The notes: generated from the sequence alone by a model not told the origin. 64,000 nucleotides of DNA from Candidatus Latescibacterota bacterium (GCA_965203175.1 OZ241867.1:1344001-1408000); one strand, 5' to 3'; counted from the first letter of the stretch, positions 1-10,430 are shown. Program-made: numbers and translations.

Positions 1-337
1 TGGAGCGCTCCGATTGATCTAGGTCAAGGGCGCTGCGGACGATGGCGTCCACTTGCGCGAAGCTCAAGGAGGCGTTTAGGGTTGCCGACGAGGCCAACTC
101 CGGGTCGCTCGAAGTGGCAACCGCCACGGTCGGATTGCCCTCGCCCAAGGTGAGGGTGCCAGGGCGCAGGAGGGGCAAGCCTTCTACCTGAAGGGGCTCT
201 TGGGCTTGCTGCGCCGAGCCTGCCGTCCCAACGAAAAAGGTCTGCGCTTGGTGGGCGTAGATGTCCCAGCCGATCAGCGCGCCGATCAGCAGGAGCAGCG
301 CCGAAGTGGCAAGTTTGCGTTTTGTTATTTGGGGCAT
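1..337 (-). CDS. N-terminal part of a secreted/membrane-anchored protein, possibly DUF362-like; runs off the window edge
   Basis: Not in the ORF track. ATG at 337 after GGAGAG; open frame MPQITKRKLATSALLLLIGALIGWDIYAHQ...FAQVDAIVRSALDLD with a hydrophobic N-terminus. Confidence 0.6.
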   Translation of the reverse strand, partial: MPQITKRKLATSALLLLIGALIGWDIYAHQAQTFFVGTAGSAQQAQEPLQVEGLPLLRPGTLTLGEGNPTVAVATSSDPELASSATLNASLSFAQVDAIVRSALDLDQSERS

Positions 338-435
338 GACCAACTCTCCCGTATTAATCCGCAGATGGACGCAGATGGACGCAGAATAGTAGAAACGAGA
401 CGATCTGTATCTCGAATCGTTCAAGTTCTATATAG

Positions 436-999
436 TTACGGTATTTGGCGCAGTATTGAAAGTGATCCTTGGCCTATCTTGATTTTTCCCCAACTCAACT
501 TCTCGATTGCGGTAGCGTCTGGACTGTGCACGTAGATTTCCACCTCGTAGAAGATGGTAGGGCCCAGCGTCCATAGTTCGAGGTTGTCGGCCATAGTGTC
601 GGGGGGGAAATGAATCTCAATCCACTGGTTCACTGCCCGCGCATTCTCTTCGATCAGGGCGGTTTGCACTCCTTCGGGTTCGCGCAGGGTGCCGGTCTCG
701 TCTAAGCGCCCGCCTAGATAGGCGCGAACTTGGTAGTCGTTGCCGATGGCGCCGACGTAGATCCGCAACTTTTCCAATTGCAGCGGTTCCTCCCAGGCAA
801 ATACCAAAATCCCTTTGGTATTCCAGGTGAAGGGTAGGGCATCGGCATCTTGGGGAACCTTGCCGTCCCCCAAGACATCGGGGTCGCCTTCGTGGGAATT
901 CCAGATCGTAGCCCGGGTCACGGCGTCGGGTGTGATGTTGCGGCTGGAGGCACCCAAAAAAAAGAGGATCGCAAAAATTGCTGGTATGACTATTCTCAT
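436..999 (-). CDS. Secreted hypothetical protein (discoidin/F5-8-like) with C-terminal SWGxIK tag
   Basis: Signal peptide MRIVIPAIFAILFFLGA; ATAIEKLSWGKIK near the C-terminus. Confidence 0.7.
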   Translation of the reverse strand: MRIVIPAIFAILFFLGASSRNITPDAVTRATIWNSHEGDPDVLGDGKVPQDADALPFTWNTKGILVFAWEEPLQLEKLRIYVGAIGNDYQVRAYLGGRLDETGTLREPEGVQTALIEENARAVNQWIEIHFPPDTMADNLELWTLGPTIFYEVEIYVHSPDATAIEKLSWGKIKIGQGSLSILRQIP

Positions 1000-1185
1000 G
1001 CGGATAGCCTATGCCAAGGCGACCATGCAGGACTTGAAGATCTCCGATTCTACGCTTCTGATGAAGATGGCACGGGACGGCATGCAGTGAAAGCCTTCCT
1101 CTTTGTAGTGGCGACCTTGGCAAGCACAAGTGGGGTTGTGAGCGGGTCTCCCTAAATATATCTTGGGCGCAAAAGGAGGAGGACT

Positions 1186-1500
1186 ATGGAAGCAAACAAA
1201 ACCATTTCGCCAGAGGTGGGAACGCAGTTGCTCTTTGAGAATGATCGGGTGCGGGTTTGGGATCTGCGGTTGGCACCGGGCGAGAGCACGGGCCTGCATC
1301 GGCACGAGCACGACTACCTATACGTAGTTATTGGCGACGGCCGGTTGCAGGCGGCTGATGCAGAAGGAAACCGCGGGGAGGCTAGGGATATGCAGGATGG
1401 AGATGTGCGGTTCAGCGAGGTCGAAGGGGAGGCGGTACACGAGGCATTTAACGTCGGCGAAGGGCCGTGGCGGAATATTATCGTCGAATTGAAAGACTGA
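1186..1500 (+). CDS. Cupin-domain protein
   Basis: AGGAGG RBS; LFENDRVRVW...PGESTGLHRHEHDY...HEAFNVG cupin motifs. Confidence 0.85.
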   Translation: MEANKTISPEVGTQLLFENDRVRVWDLRLAPGESTGLHRHEHDYLYVVIGDGRLQAADAEGNRGEARDMQDGDVRFSEVEGEAVHEAFNVGEGPWRNIIVELKD

Positions 1501-1734
1501 AGCTAGCCACCATTAAGTCGGTCGTGACGGACTACGGAGTCAAGTAGACGAGCAAGCGGAAGAAGCTCCTTTAGCCGGACCTCGCTGGCCCAGCGGGAAG
1601 AAGTGGCCGGCCGGTACTTGACGGGATCCACAAGAAAAGGGTACAGCCGCCGACCCTTTGCGTGGCCTATTTTCAGCCCCATCAATGGCAAGTCCGCCGT
1701 GGTGGACGGATACCGAGCAGACACCCCTCGCCGA

Positions 1735-1959
1735 AAGGGTGGGATTGTGGCCTTCCTCAGGCGCAAGGTTTTGTCCTATGCCCCCGATGTTTGGTACGTT
1801 CCGAACAGCGTCAAGATCGGCCACGAGATAAGCGTCTCCTGCTACTTTTTTAAGCTGCAGCCGCTGTGCCCACTGGCGGAAATCCGAGCGGAGATTCGAG
1901 CATTGGAGCAGGAGGCAGAGGGGCTGTTGGACGAGATTATTGGGAAGTCTGGGGCATGA
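1735..1959 (+). pseudogene. hsdM: 3' remnant of a type I RM methyltransferase (HsdM C-terminus)
   Basis: GGIVAFLRRKVLSYAPDVW...KIGHEIS...YFFK.QPL.PLAEIRAEIRALEQEAEGLLDEII resembles an HsdM C-terminus; no catalytic part upstream. Confidence 0.65.
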
Positions 1960-2135
1960 GCACACGGCAGTTTGGGATATATACACCCTGCGTATTCTTG
2001 CGCCGACGCCCGGTATTCCGGTATTATTATTATAATTGAAAATGACAGATTTCCGCCCCATAATTTTATAATGGACTGTTCAACAACAAGTTACGCAGAT
2101 GAATTTTTAGCAGGAATCTTGTTTATAGAGCAATT

Positions 2136-2621
2136 ATGAACGGCAAACGGCGATTACTTATTCTATCGTGTTCACAACGCAAACGCGCTTCTCACAAGCC
2201 GTTACCTGCAATTGACAGATACAACGGCCCGTTATTTTTGGTCTTACGTCGTTTCCTTCGTGAATGTCCGCATCAGGCAAGGCTGCTTGATGTATACATT
2301 TTATCTGCTGCCTATGGGCTTATTCCAGGGGATTTCCCAATTGCATGGTACGACCGAAAGATAAACACGTCGCGGGTCGTTGAGTTGCAGTCCCAAGTCA
2401 ATACAACGTTTTCAGATCTCCCACGCGACAACTACGCTTCAATCTGTTTTGTACTTGGGAAGACCTACCTGAAGGCATTTGAGGGCTTACAAGATTTGGT
2501 TCTAGCCCATACGGAACCAATTGTCGCTTATGGTCCGATGGGCAAAAAACAGACGCAACTGAAAAAATGGCTGTGGCGAGAACTTCGTTCGATAACGGAG
2601 GAAACTTATGGTTACTATTGA
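2136..2621 (+). CDS. DUF6884/YaaA-like protein
   Basis: LLILSCSQRK...PAIDRYNGPLF...YILSAAYGLI motif pattern. Confidence 0.65.
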   Translation: MNGKRRLLILSCSQRKRASHKPLPAIDRYNGPLFLVLRRFLRECPHQARLLDVYILSAAYGLIPGDFPIAWYDRKINTSRVVELQSQVNTTFSDLPRDNYASICFVLGKTYLKAFEGLQDLVLAHTEPIVAYGPMGKKQTQLKKWLWRELRSITEETYGYY

Positions 2622-2982
2622 AATTCTCGAACAAGTTGATGCAGAAGGACAAGAAGACGCTGAAGAAGGCGAGCCAACGATCAGGGAAAAAATAGAGATA
2701 GAAAGAATTGAATTTTTGCACATTACTCCTGTGAATACGAAAGCCGGCAGTCTGATTCCGATAACTGAACTTTTGAATCTCATCACCGAAATCAAACCGA
2801 TCGGACAACCACAACAGGAAGAACTTGACCGTTATTATGCCCAGCGTGTGTCTGTTTATGAGGACGGAGATTTATCATCCAAAGCACTAGACCTTCCACA
2901 CTACATCGGGCTACGTGTTGTGTTGGAAAATGTCCTACAAAAATACGGTATATCCGATAACCTGCAAATCCGAATTAGTTGA
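2608..2982 (+). CDS. Hypothetical acidic protein
   Basis: GGAGG RBS; overlaps the stop of the previous gene; AT-rich segment. Confidence 0.55.
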   Translation: MVTIEILEQVDAEGQEDAEEGEPTIREKIEIERIEFLHITPVNTKAGSLIPITELLNLITEIKPIGQPQQEELDRYYAQRVSVYEDGDLSSKALDLPHYIGLRVVLENVLQKYGISDNLQIRIS

Positions 2983-3061
2983 GGTCCTTTGATGACTATC
3001 CTTTCGCTTGATGAATTCAGATCTTCACCAGATGCTCGGTTTTCCGAGGGCACTTGGGTTG

Positions 3062-4221
3062 GGCGTTGTTGCATGAAAGCTGTGTTCGGGTCTTGAAATG
3101 AGTCAGGCTCTTCGGTTAGATTGGTTCGTGGTTTCCAGCAAGAAACACGTTCCTTTCTTCCCAAAGAGCCTGTGATGAGCAAAGTATCTGGCAGTTCGCC
3201 CTCGGTCAAGTCGCAACCGGTGTATCGGGTTAAGAATTGGTCGTCGTATAATCGGGCGTTGGTGGCTCGTGGTAGCCTGACGGTGTGGCTGGACGATGGT
3301 CTGTGGAAGCAATGGTATGCTCAGGGGCCATCGCAACGGGGTGCTCAGTTTGTCTATTCGGATCCAGCGATTGAATGGATGTTGACGATGCGGGTGTTGC
3401 TTGGGTTGCCGTTGCGCCAGACGCAGGGGTTTATCCAATCGCTGTTGGACTTGATGGGGTTGGCCTTGGCCGTGCCGGACTACTCGACCTTGTCGCGTCG
3501 CCAAGGGGCCTTGGCGGTGGAGTTGCCGAAAAAGCAGCCCGATAGCCCGGCTAGCCCGATGCACTTGGTAGTGGATTCGACGGGTTTGAAAGTCTATGGC
3601 GAGGGCGAGAGGAAAGTCCGTCAACACGGCTGGACCAAACGGCGCACGTGGCGCAAACTGCATGTGGGGGTCAACGAGGCCACCGGCGAGGTGGTCGCGC
3701 AGACGTTGACGTCCCATCGGATCGATGATGCCTCGCAGGTGGCCCCTCTGTTGACCCAAGTCGACGAGGCGGTGGAGGCGGTAGGCGGCGATGGGGCCTA
3801 TGACAAACAGAAGGTGTTCGACGCCTTGGCCACGCGGAGTGATCCCTCGATTCGGCCGATCATCGCACTGCGCAAAGACGCTACAATCCATCAGCATGGT
3901 AATTGTAAGGTCCCCCCGTTGGCGCGCGATGAAATCCTGCGGGCCATACGACGAAAGGGACGCAAGGAGTGGAAACAGGCCAGTGGCTATCATCGACGCT
4001 CGTTGGCCGAAACGCAAATCTATCGCTATAAGCACCTCATCGGCGACAAGCTGAAGGCGCGTAGCTGGATCAACCAACAGGTCGAAAGTCGCCTCGGCTG
4101 TGCCCTCCTCAATCGAATGATCCATGTGGGCAAACCCCAGTCGTATCGAGTAGAAAAAATCAACTGAACAAAAAACAACATTCGACAATGATGCCCCAGA
4201 TATGATTCATGCAACAACGCC
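3062..4221 (+). mobile_element. IS5-family (IS903-group) insertion sequence
   Basis: Perfect 16-bp terminal inverted repeats GGCGTTGTTGCATGAA (3062-3077) and TTCATGCAACAACGCC (4206-4221); GTTG on both flanks (3058-3061, 4222-4225). Confidence 0.9.
3121..4167 (+). CDS. IS5-family DDE transposase (start may be the ATG at 3175)
   Basis: YRVKNWSSYNRALVARGSLTVW, PDYSTLSRR, VVDSTGLKVYGEGE, RRTWRKLH, GDGAYD, GYHRRSLAET. Confidence 0.92.
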   Translation: MVRGFQQETRSFLPKEPVMSKVSGSSPSVKSQPVYRVKNWSSYNRALVARGSLTVWLDDGLWKQWYAQGPSQRGAQFVYSDPAIEWMLTMRVLLGLPLRQTQGFIQSLLDLMGLALAVPDYSTLSRRQGALAVELPKKQPDSPASPMHLVVDSTGLKVYGEGERKVRQHGWTKRRTWRKLHVGVNEATGEVVAQTLTSHRIDDASQVAPLLTQVDEAVEAVGGDGAYDKQKVFDALATRSDPSIRPIIALRKDATIHQHGNCKVPPLARDEILRAIRRKGRKEWKQASGYHRRSLAETQIYRYKHLIGDKLKARSWINQQVESRLGCALLNRMIHVGKPQSYRVEKIN

Positions 4222-4898
4222 GTTGCAAACTCACCGTATGCCGGCTCTCCACTGATCCGTTCGCGATTTTTGAATGCAAGCGCGTGGGGGTGGAGGAAGG
4301 GATGAGAAAAGGACCTCAGACGATTGAAAAAGCAAAACAGGGCGCTTACGTTGCACGGTCTGTCTCTTCTCTGCAAAAAGTGCGGCTTCGGAATGGGCAG
4401 TTTCAAGGTGTCATGGAACAACTCGACGGTAGCCTTCGAACTGACCTCTACGATAAATTACTCAAGGAAGTCATCGATGCGCCGTCGGTTGTTGAGTTCG
4501 CTGGATTCATACTTACCGTTGGTGCCGTCAGCAACCATGGCAACTGGTTTACCTCTGATAACCACAACAAGGAACTTCGCGTACTGGCTCAGTCATATGA
4601 CTGGCTCTTATTTCTCACAGACGCTGGGTTATCTCAGTTTATTGACAGGCTGCTGCTCAACCCTACACCAGAACTGGAACCTGCTCGTGAGGCGTTCTTA
4701 GCAAGCTATCCCCGTAGCTCTGGAACGAATAGATTCACCAAGGTGCGCATGGCCGTTGACGCAGACGAAGCGCTCCGAAGCTACTTCATGGGGCACGAAG
4801 CCGAGGTCGAAACGTGGTTTAACGTCATCTCTCCCCATGACGGTACGATTGAGAACCTACAGGTTGATCTGCGGAAACTCGCAACAAAAGGCTGGTAG
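4222..4898 (+). pseudogene. 5'-truncated putative PD-(D/E)xK restriction endonuclease
   Basis: The ORF's ATG lies inside the IS end. Contains FECKRVGVEEG (E-x-K) and lies directly upstream of a DNA methyltransferase. Confidence 0.55.
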
Positions 4899-4912
4899 GA
4901 GGAAGACTAAGC

Positions 4913-5509
4913 ATGACTGCAGGACGTAACAATGCTGAAGTGCTAAGTCAACACTGGTGCACTCCGCCAAAGTACGTTAACGCGATACGAGAGTTTTTCG
5001 CCGAATCAGTCGCGCTGGATCCATGCTCCAATCGCCATTCTATCGTGGGGGCGACTGTAGAGTACTCTCTGCCTGAGATTGACGGATTGTCAGCATCGTG
5101 GAATTATCCGACCATCTTCGTCAATCCTCCTTACGGCAGGGACCGCAAGAGGGGCACCACGATTCGAGATTGGCTCCGAAAATGTACCGAGGCTCACTTA
5201 CAACATGGTGTTGAGGTGCTCGCCCTTGTGCCTGTCGCTACGAATACTCGCCACTGGAAACAATACGTATTCGGCGCTGCTACTGCGGTCGCATTTCTCT
5301 ACGACACTCGGCTGCGCTTCCTCGTGAACGGGAAGGACGGCGGCAAAGGTGCTCCAATGTCCTGCGCGATGGTCTATTGGGGTCCGCAGTACGAGCGCTT
5401 TGAAAAGATATTCGTCCGCTTTGGGGCGGTCGTTGACGTTCGGCATCTACACGGGAAACTCGTTGGCACAGGCGAGCACTTGGATCTATTCGAAAGAGTG
5501 GAGAACTAA
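4913..5509 (+). CDS. DNA N6-adenine methyltransferase (phage Dam-like family)
   Basis: AGGAGG RBS; WCTPP, LDPCS, IFVNPPYG, LVPVATNTRHW, RLRF motifs. Confidence 0.85.
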   Translation: MTAGRNNAEVLSQHWCTPPKYVNAIREFFAESVALDPCSNRHSIVGATVEYSLPEIDGLSASWNYPTIFVNPPYGRDRKRGTTIRDWLRKCTEAHLQHGVEVLALVPVATNTRHWKQYVFGAATAVAFLYDTRLRFLVNGKDGGKGAPMSCAMVYWGPQYERFEKIFVRFGAVVDVRHLHGKLVGTGEHLDLFERVEN

Positions 5510-5512
5510 CGC

Positions 5513-6535
5513 TTATCCTCCTAATCCCTGTAGCTGCGTTGGCTCTTCGAGCGGCACCACGGGATTTTCCAAAATTCCGATTCCGCCGGAAAACTCCAAC
5601 TGCATCACGTCTCCGTCCAAAAGCCCTGTCGCCAAGTCCGCCTCGGCAAAGACGATGGGCGTCCCCCAGTAAAACGCCATCAGGGTGCGCGGCGCTAGGG
5701 GCAACCGACTGAAAAGGTGGCGCTCTAAGTGCAGGAGCCGCCCGGGCATGTTCAGGTTGTTCTGGCCGGTCGGGCCTTTCTTGTAGGCTATGGATTGTCC
5801 GTCGCGCAAGATGCGGCACGAGACCTCGACCTCGGCGTCGTCGTACTCGTCGGCTGTAATCAACACCGGCCCTAGGGAAGCGCAGCCACCCGCCCAGTTT
5901 TTGGCTTGGGGCAGGTTGAGGGGATTGGCGGCCTCAATGCCGTTGTCGGTGGCGTCGTTGCCGCCGGTGTAGCCCAGCCTCTCCAAGTGGCCTTGGCGCG
6001 TCAGGCCGTAGACTGACACTAGCTCGGTCTCGGGTACTAAGCGCTGGGTGTCGCCGGGCCGGGTGATGGGCTGGCCGTGACCGACGACGGCGTCCGGCTC
6101 GCCTTTGGCGAACAACTCGGGCCGCCCGCCGCCGGACACTTCGCGGTATTTCTGGTCATACACGTTGACAGCCTCGCCGGTGGCTTGCTGGGCCTCGATT
6201 TCGCGCAATTTGGCGCTGACTTGGTGGGTCACGCCAGCCAGCCACACGCGCAGGGCGTAGGGATGGCCGGCCGGGCCGCTGACTGGCTTGGTGAGGTACG
6301 GGTCGCTGGTGCTGCGGTTGGCTAACAGCGCGTCTAGCGGCAAGCGCCGCGCCGCCCGTTTTTGCAGGTTTTGAGCGGCGGCTACTAACCCAATCTCGTC
6401 GCCGCCGCCGTCGTAGTAGAGCTGATGCACAGTGCGCAGTCCCTGTTCTGTATCCGTCAGATCTAAGACCTCGTCGCCGATGACGAGGCCTAAGCGCATG
6501 CCGTCGCCCGGCTCGATAAATTGCACTAGTTTCAC
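5513..6535 (-). CDS. Fumarylacetoacetate hydrolase family protein (2-keto-3-deoxy sugar-acid dehydratase-like)
   Basis: AGVTH, RPELFAKG, VPETEL, GYTGGND, NPLNLPQAK, SLGPVL. Confidence 0.8.
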   Translation of the reverse strand: MKLVQFIEPGDGMRLGLVIGDEVLDLTDTEQGLRTVHQLYYDGGGDEIGLVAAAQNLQKRAARRLPLDALLANRSTSDPYLTKPVSGPAGHPYALRVWLAGVTHQVSAKLREIEAQQATGEAVNVYDQKYREVSGGGRPELFAKGEPDAVVGHGQPITRPGDTQRLVPETELVSVYGLTRQGHLERLGYTGGNDATDNGIEAANPLNLPQAKNWAGGCASLGPVLITADEYDDAEVEVSCRILRDGQSIAYKKGPTGQNNLNMPGRLLHLERHLFSRLPLAPRTLMAFYWGTPIVFAEADLATGLLDGDVMQLEFSGGIGILENPVVPLEEPTQLQGLGG

Positions 6536-6558
6536 GCGTATTGCTCCCTGGTAATCGT

Positions 6559-7386
6559 TTAAGAGATAAAGAGCGGCGCATCGGACTTGGGCGCGATGCC
6601 GGCCCGCTCGGCCCGCTCGATTAGGTCGAATATAGCGGCCTCACCGTCCGCTCCGTAGTCGAGCGTGTGCTGGTTGACGTACAACTCAATGTGCGCCTGC
6701 ATGACGCTGTCGTCCATTTCTTGGGCGTGCTGGCGGATGTAGCCCCGCACCGCGTCTGGGTGAGCATAGGCGTACTCCACGCTCCGCACGAGCGCGCTGT
6801 CGAGTTGGCCGATGAGTTTGGGGCCGAGGCTGCGCCGCGCGAGGATGCCGCCGAGGGGGATCGGATGCCCAGTGCTTTCCTCCCACCACTGGCCTAGGTC
6901 GATGATCGCTGCTAGCCCGTGTTGGGCATAGGTGAAGCGGCTCTCGTGGATGATGACGCCTGCGTCGACTACGCCTTGCGCGGTCGCGTCGACGATCTGG
7001 TCGAAAGGCATGACCGCTAGCCGCTCAATGCTGGGGTCAAAGAGCCGCAGCAAGAGGGCCGCGGTGGTCAGCCGCCCGGGAATGGCGATTCGCTTGTGTT
7101 TGAGGTCTTCCAGCGCCAGCTCCTCCCGCGCTACCAATAGCGGCCCGCATCCTCTCCCCAAGGCACCACCCGAGTGCAGGAGGCAGTACTCCTCCCGCAA
7201 ATGCGCCAGCGCGTGGAAGGATATTTTGGTCGCGTCGAGTTGCCCTCGCAGCGCCATCTCATTGAGCGTCTCGATGTCCGCCAGCACCTCCTCGCATACC
7301 GGCGCGCCGGCGATATGCCCGTGGACCAAGCCGCAAAAGACAAACGTATCGTTGGGACAGGGCGAATAGCCCAAGGTCACGCGCAT
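6559..7386 (-). CDS. mqnD: 1,4-dihydroxy-6-naphthoate synthase
   Basis: LGYSPCPNDTFVF, ADIETLN, GGALGRGCGP, IIHESRFTY, DLGQWWE, PIPLGG, HIELYVN. Confidence 0.93.
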   Translation of the reverse strand: MRVTLGYSPCPNDTFVFCGLVHGHIAGAPVCEEVLADIETLNEMALRGQLDATKISFHALAHLREEYCLLHSGGALGRGCGPLLVAREELALEDLKHKRIAIPGRLTTAALLLRLFDPSIERLAVMPFDQIVDATAQGVVDAGVIIHESRFTYAQHGLAAIIDLGQWWEESTGHPIPLGGILARRSLGPKLIGQLDSALVRSVEYAYAHPDAVRGYIRQHAQEMDDSVMQAHIELYVNQHTLDYGADGEAAIFDLIERAERAGIAPKSDAPLFIS

Positions 7387-8099
7387 AGCCCCTCCTTCAA
7401 GAGTTGCTGAACCGCTGTCTGCGCCCTAGCAGCGGCTCCTGGCAAATCCCATTGCTCCCGCGCGCGCTGCTCGACGATGTTGCTCATGGCGCGCAGTTCG
7501 GCAAAAGGCACCTCGTACAGGGCGCATAGGTGCGCGGCCGCCGCGCCCTCCATGTTTTCGCACAAGGCCTCAAAGCGCCGGCCCCTTTCTACCCCCAATT
7601 CGTCGGTTCCCGAGCATTCCTGCACGGTGACGAAGGGGCCGATGTGGGCTTCGGGTAAAGCCGCCGCCGCCCGCTGCACCCACTGCTCGTCGATGGGAAA
7701 GCAATTGTAGTAAGAGCGCCCTTTCTCCAGCACTGGAATGCCGATCAGCTCTCCACCCTGCCAGCCATCCGGCGTCCGCACCCCCAGATCTCCGTAGTTT
7801 TCCTCGCTGGCCAAGGCCAGGTCTCCTATGCTTGCCCCACTTTCTGGATACGCTCCACCCACACCGATCTGTACGACCCGCTGCGGCCGCTGCGCCTGCA
7901 AGTAGCAGGTGAGCGCGTGCGCTGTGTTCACTGCGCCGACTCCAGTCGCTACCAAAGTCACCGGCTGCGCGCCAATTTTCCCGCTCACCCATTCGCGCTC
8001 GGCGACTTTGTGCTGCACGCGCTCGGCCACGGCCTCTCTTAGGGCAAGCTGCTCAAAGGCCGTCGCGCTCAACACGAGTATCTCTTCCGTGGCCGTCAT
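7377..8099 (-). CDS. mqnB: Futalosine hydrolase
   Basis: MTA/SAH nucleosidase fold (TGVGAVN, GVGGAY, ENMEGAA, ELRAMSNIV, WDL); overlaps mqnD. Confidence 0.9.
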   Translation of the reverse strand: MTATEEILVLSATAFEQLALREAVAERVQHKVAEREWVSGKIGAQPVTLVATGVGAVNTAHALTCYLQAQRPQRVVQIGVGGAYPESGASIGDLALASEENYGDLGVRTPDGWQGGELIGIPVLEKGRSYYNCFPIDEQWVQRAAAALPEAHIGPFVTVQECSGTDELGVERGRRFEALCENMEGAAAAHLCALYEVPFAELRAMSNIVEQRAREQWDLPGAAARAQTAVQQLLKEGLCA

Positions 8100-8193
8100 C
8101 CGGCAGTCCTGTTAAAATGTCGAATAATATACGGTTGACTGCACCGAGGGCCAGCCGTACAATCCGGCCAGTCACCCTTCCCTGGATAGCCTT

Positions 8194-9366
8194 ATGCACA
8201 TTTGCCACATCCGCGTTTACTCGGTCGCCGTCCCCCGCGTGTACCACACCTACGTAGCCCCCACGGGCGGCCACAGCAAGAATGCCTCGCGCTACTACGT
8301 GCTGGAACTCGAGACCAATACCGGCCTGTGCGGCCTCGGCGAAATCTCGGATCTAGAAGATGCGTGGCAAGCGCCGTCGCCAGCGGTACTGTGCGAAACT
8401 CTGACGCCTCTGCTCGTTGGTGCCGATCCGCGCAAACGCCTCCTCGCTTGGGAGCGCGTCGCCGAGGCGCTGCCCACCAGTTACCACCCGGAATTCCGCC
8501 GGCTCGTCAGTGCAGCCGTGGAAATAGCCCTGATTGATCTCGCGGGCAAGTACTACAACGCCCCGGCCCACGCGCTTTTAGGCGGCCAGTACCGGAATGC
8601 GCTGCCTATCTCTTGGGTCGCGTACATTCGCAGTGCGGAAGAGCTGGCCGAGGAAATTCAGGAAAAGGTCGCCGAGGGCTTTACGGCCTTCAAGCTCAAG
8701 GTGGGGGCCGACTTTGACCTCGACTGCGAGCGCGTCCGCGTCTGCCGCCGGATCGTCGGCCCGGATGCGTACCTCAAGGCCGATGCGTCGGGCGCGTGGG
8801 AAGAAGAAGAGGCCATCGAGCGGATCCGCGAGTTGGCTGCGCTGGGCGTGGATGCGGTTGAGACGCCGATCCAATGCGTCGCCCGCAAGGTGGCCAAGGA
8901 TCACCCCGAACAGGTCAATGCCGACCCAGACTCCGCAGCATTGGCCTTGGCGAGGGTGCGCGCAGCCGTGCCCGCGGCCATTATCGAACACGTCGCCGAC
9001 TTTGACGACTCGTTTGCCCTCGCTCTCTTGCACCACCGGGCCGTGGACGCCTTCAACGTCGCGCCCGTCCAGGCCGGCAGCCTGCACCGCGCCCAGCGGC
9101 TGAGCCAGATCGCTGCGGCCGCTGGCGTACCCGTCTTGCTCGGCAGCACGGTCGAGCTCGGCATTGGCACGGCCGCGGCCGTGCATTTTGGCGTGGCTAC
9201 TAAAGCCGTTTGCGCGCCATCGGATTTGGTCGGTCCGGGCCTGTTGGCGAGCGATGTGGTCGCGCCGCGCTTGACCTATCAGCAGGGCTGTTTGCACGCC
9301 CCGCCCGGCCCGGGGTTGGGCGTCGAGTTGATCCCCGAGTTGATGGAACAGAAAGGAACTTCATGA
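8194..9366 (+). CDS. Mandelate racemase/muconate lactonizing enzyme family protein
   Basis: GLGEIS, AAVEIALIDLAGK, LLGG, FKLKVG (KxK), PGPGLGVEL. Confidence 0.85.
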   Translation: MHICHIRVYSVAVPRVYHTYVAPTGGHSKNASRYYVLELETNTGLCGLGEISDLEDAWQAPSPAVLCETLTPLLVGADPRKRLLAWERVAEALPTSYHPEFRRLVSAAVEIALIDLAGKYYNAPAHALLGGQYRNALPISWVAYIRSAEELAEEIQEKVAEGFTAFKLKVGADFDLDCERVRVCRRIVGPDAYLKADASGAWEEEEAIERIRELAALGVDAVETPIQCVARKVAKDHPEQVNADPDSAALALARVRAAVPAAIIEHVADFDDSFALALLHHRAVDAFNVAPVQAGSLHRAQRLSQIAAAAGVPVLLGSTVELGIGTAAAVHFGVATKAVCAPSDLVGPGLLASDVVAPRLTYQQGCLHAPPGPGLGVELIPELMEQKGTS

Positions 9367-10400
9367 GCCAACGCCTCTCCTATGCTAGCACGGGCGTCGA
9401 TATAGACCAGACCGATGCGGCCAAGCGCGCCATGGCCGCGAGCATGGAAACCGCAGACCCGCGCGTACTCAACCGAATTGGCGCGTTCGCTACCCTGCTC
9501 GACGCCCGCTTCCCCGAATACGCATACCCGGTGCTGGTCCACAAGAGCGAGGAGCCTGGGTCCAAGCAAAAATTGGCTTTTGCCCACGGCCGCCATCGCG
9601 GGGTCTGCTACGACATGGTCAACCACCTCATCGACGACATAATCGTCATGGGTGCCGAGCCGATTTCGATCCAAGACGTCATCGTATGCGGCGCGATGGA
9701 TGGAGCCATCGTCAACGACCTTGTGGACGCCTTGGCCGACGCCTGCCGCCAACAGGGCTGCACCCTGACCGGTGGCGAGACTTCGGTGCAGCCCGGCGTG
9801 GTCCCCGACGGCCTCTACGTGCTGACCGCCAGCGTCATCGGCGTGGTCGATAAGGACAACATCATCGACGGTCAGTCGATTGAGGCCGGCGATCAGGTTG
9901 TGGCGCTCGCTTCCAACGGTTTGCACACCAATGGCTACACGCTGGTCCGCGCCCTCTTAGACCGCAAACCGCATCTACACGCCGCAAACGTAGCTGGCGA
10001 ATCTTTCCTCGAAGCGGTGCTCAAACCCCATACTTGCTACTTGCAGGCCGTGCGCGGCCTTTTTACCGAATCCAGCCTCCACGGCATGGCCCACATTACC
10101 GGCGGCGGCCTCCGCGACAACCTCAGCCGCATCTTGTCGCCGGGACTCAGCGCGCAACTCGACTTAGAAGCCATACAGATTCCGCCGATTTTCCACATCT
10201 TGCGAGCAGAAGGCGACTTAGAGGTGGAGGATATGCTGCGCACGTTTAATATGGGCGTGGGCATGGCGCTGGTGATCGCGCCCGAGGCCGTGGAATCGGT
10301 GCTGGCCCACTTAGCGGCCCAAAACTGCCGGGCCTATCGGCTCGGGGAAATCGTCTCTGGTGGGCAAAAGGTCGCCTTGCAGGGGGCACTCGCTTGGTAA
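9363..10400 (+). CDS. purM: Phosphoribosylformylglycinamidine cyclo-ligase
   Basis: Start MSQRLSYASTGVDI overlaps the previous stop; GGETS, SNGLHTNGY, AHITGGG, RTFNMGVG. Confidence 0.92.
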   Translation: MSQRLSYASTGVDIDQTDAAKRAMAASMETADPRVLNRIGAFATLLDARFPEYAYPVLVHKSEEPGSKQKLAFAHGRHRGVCYDMVNHLIDDIIVMGAEPISIQDVIVCGAMDGAIVNDLVDALADACRQQGCTLTGGETSVQPGVVPDGLYVLTASVIGVVDKDNIIDGQSIEAGDQVVALASNGLHTNGYTLVRALLDRKPHLHAANVAGESFLEAVLKPHTCYLQAVRGLFTESSLHGMAHITGGGLRDNLSRILSPGLSAQLDLEAIQIPPIFHILRAEGDLEVEDMLRTFNMGVGMALVIAPEAVESVLAHLAAQNCRAYRLGEIVSGGQKVALQGALAW

Positions 10401-10430
10401 ACGATCAATTTTAGAAAAGAGAAGGCGTAG

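Noticed and set aside
357-386. Short tandem GCAGATGGAC repeat
   Set aside because: Only about 2.5 units in an intergenic gap, with no supportable function.
3103-4188. Long antisense ORFs (3103-4188, 12669-13598, 26782-27789, 41797-42681 and similar)
   Set aside because: They are shadows of well-supported genes on the opposite strand in GC-rich DNA.
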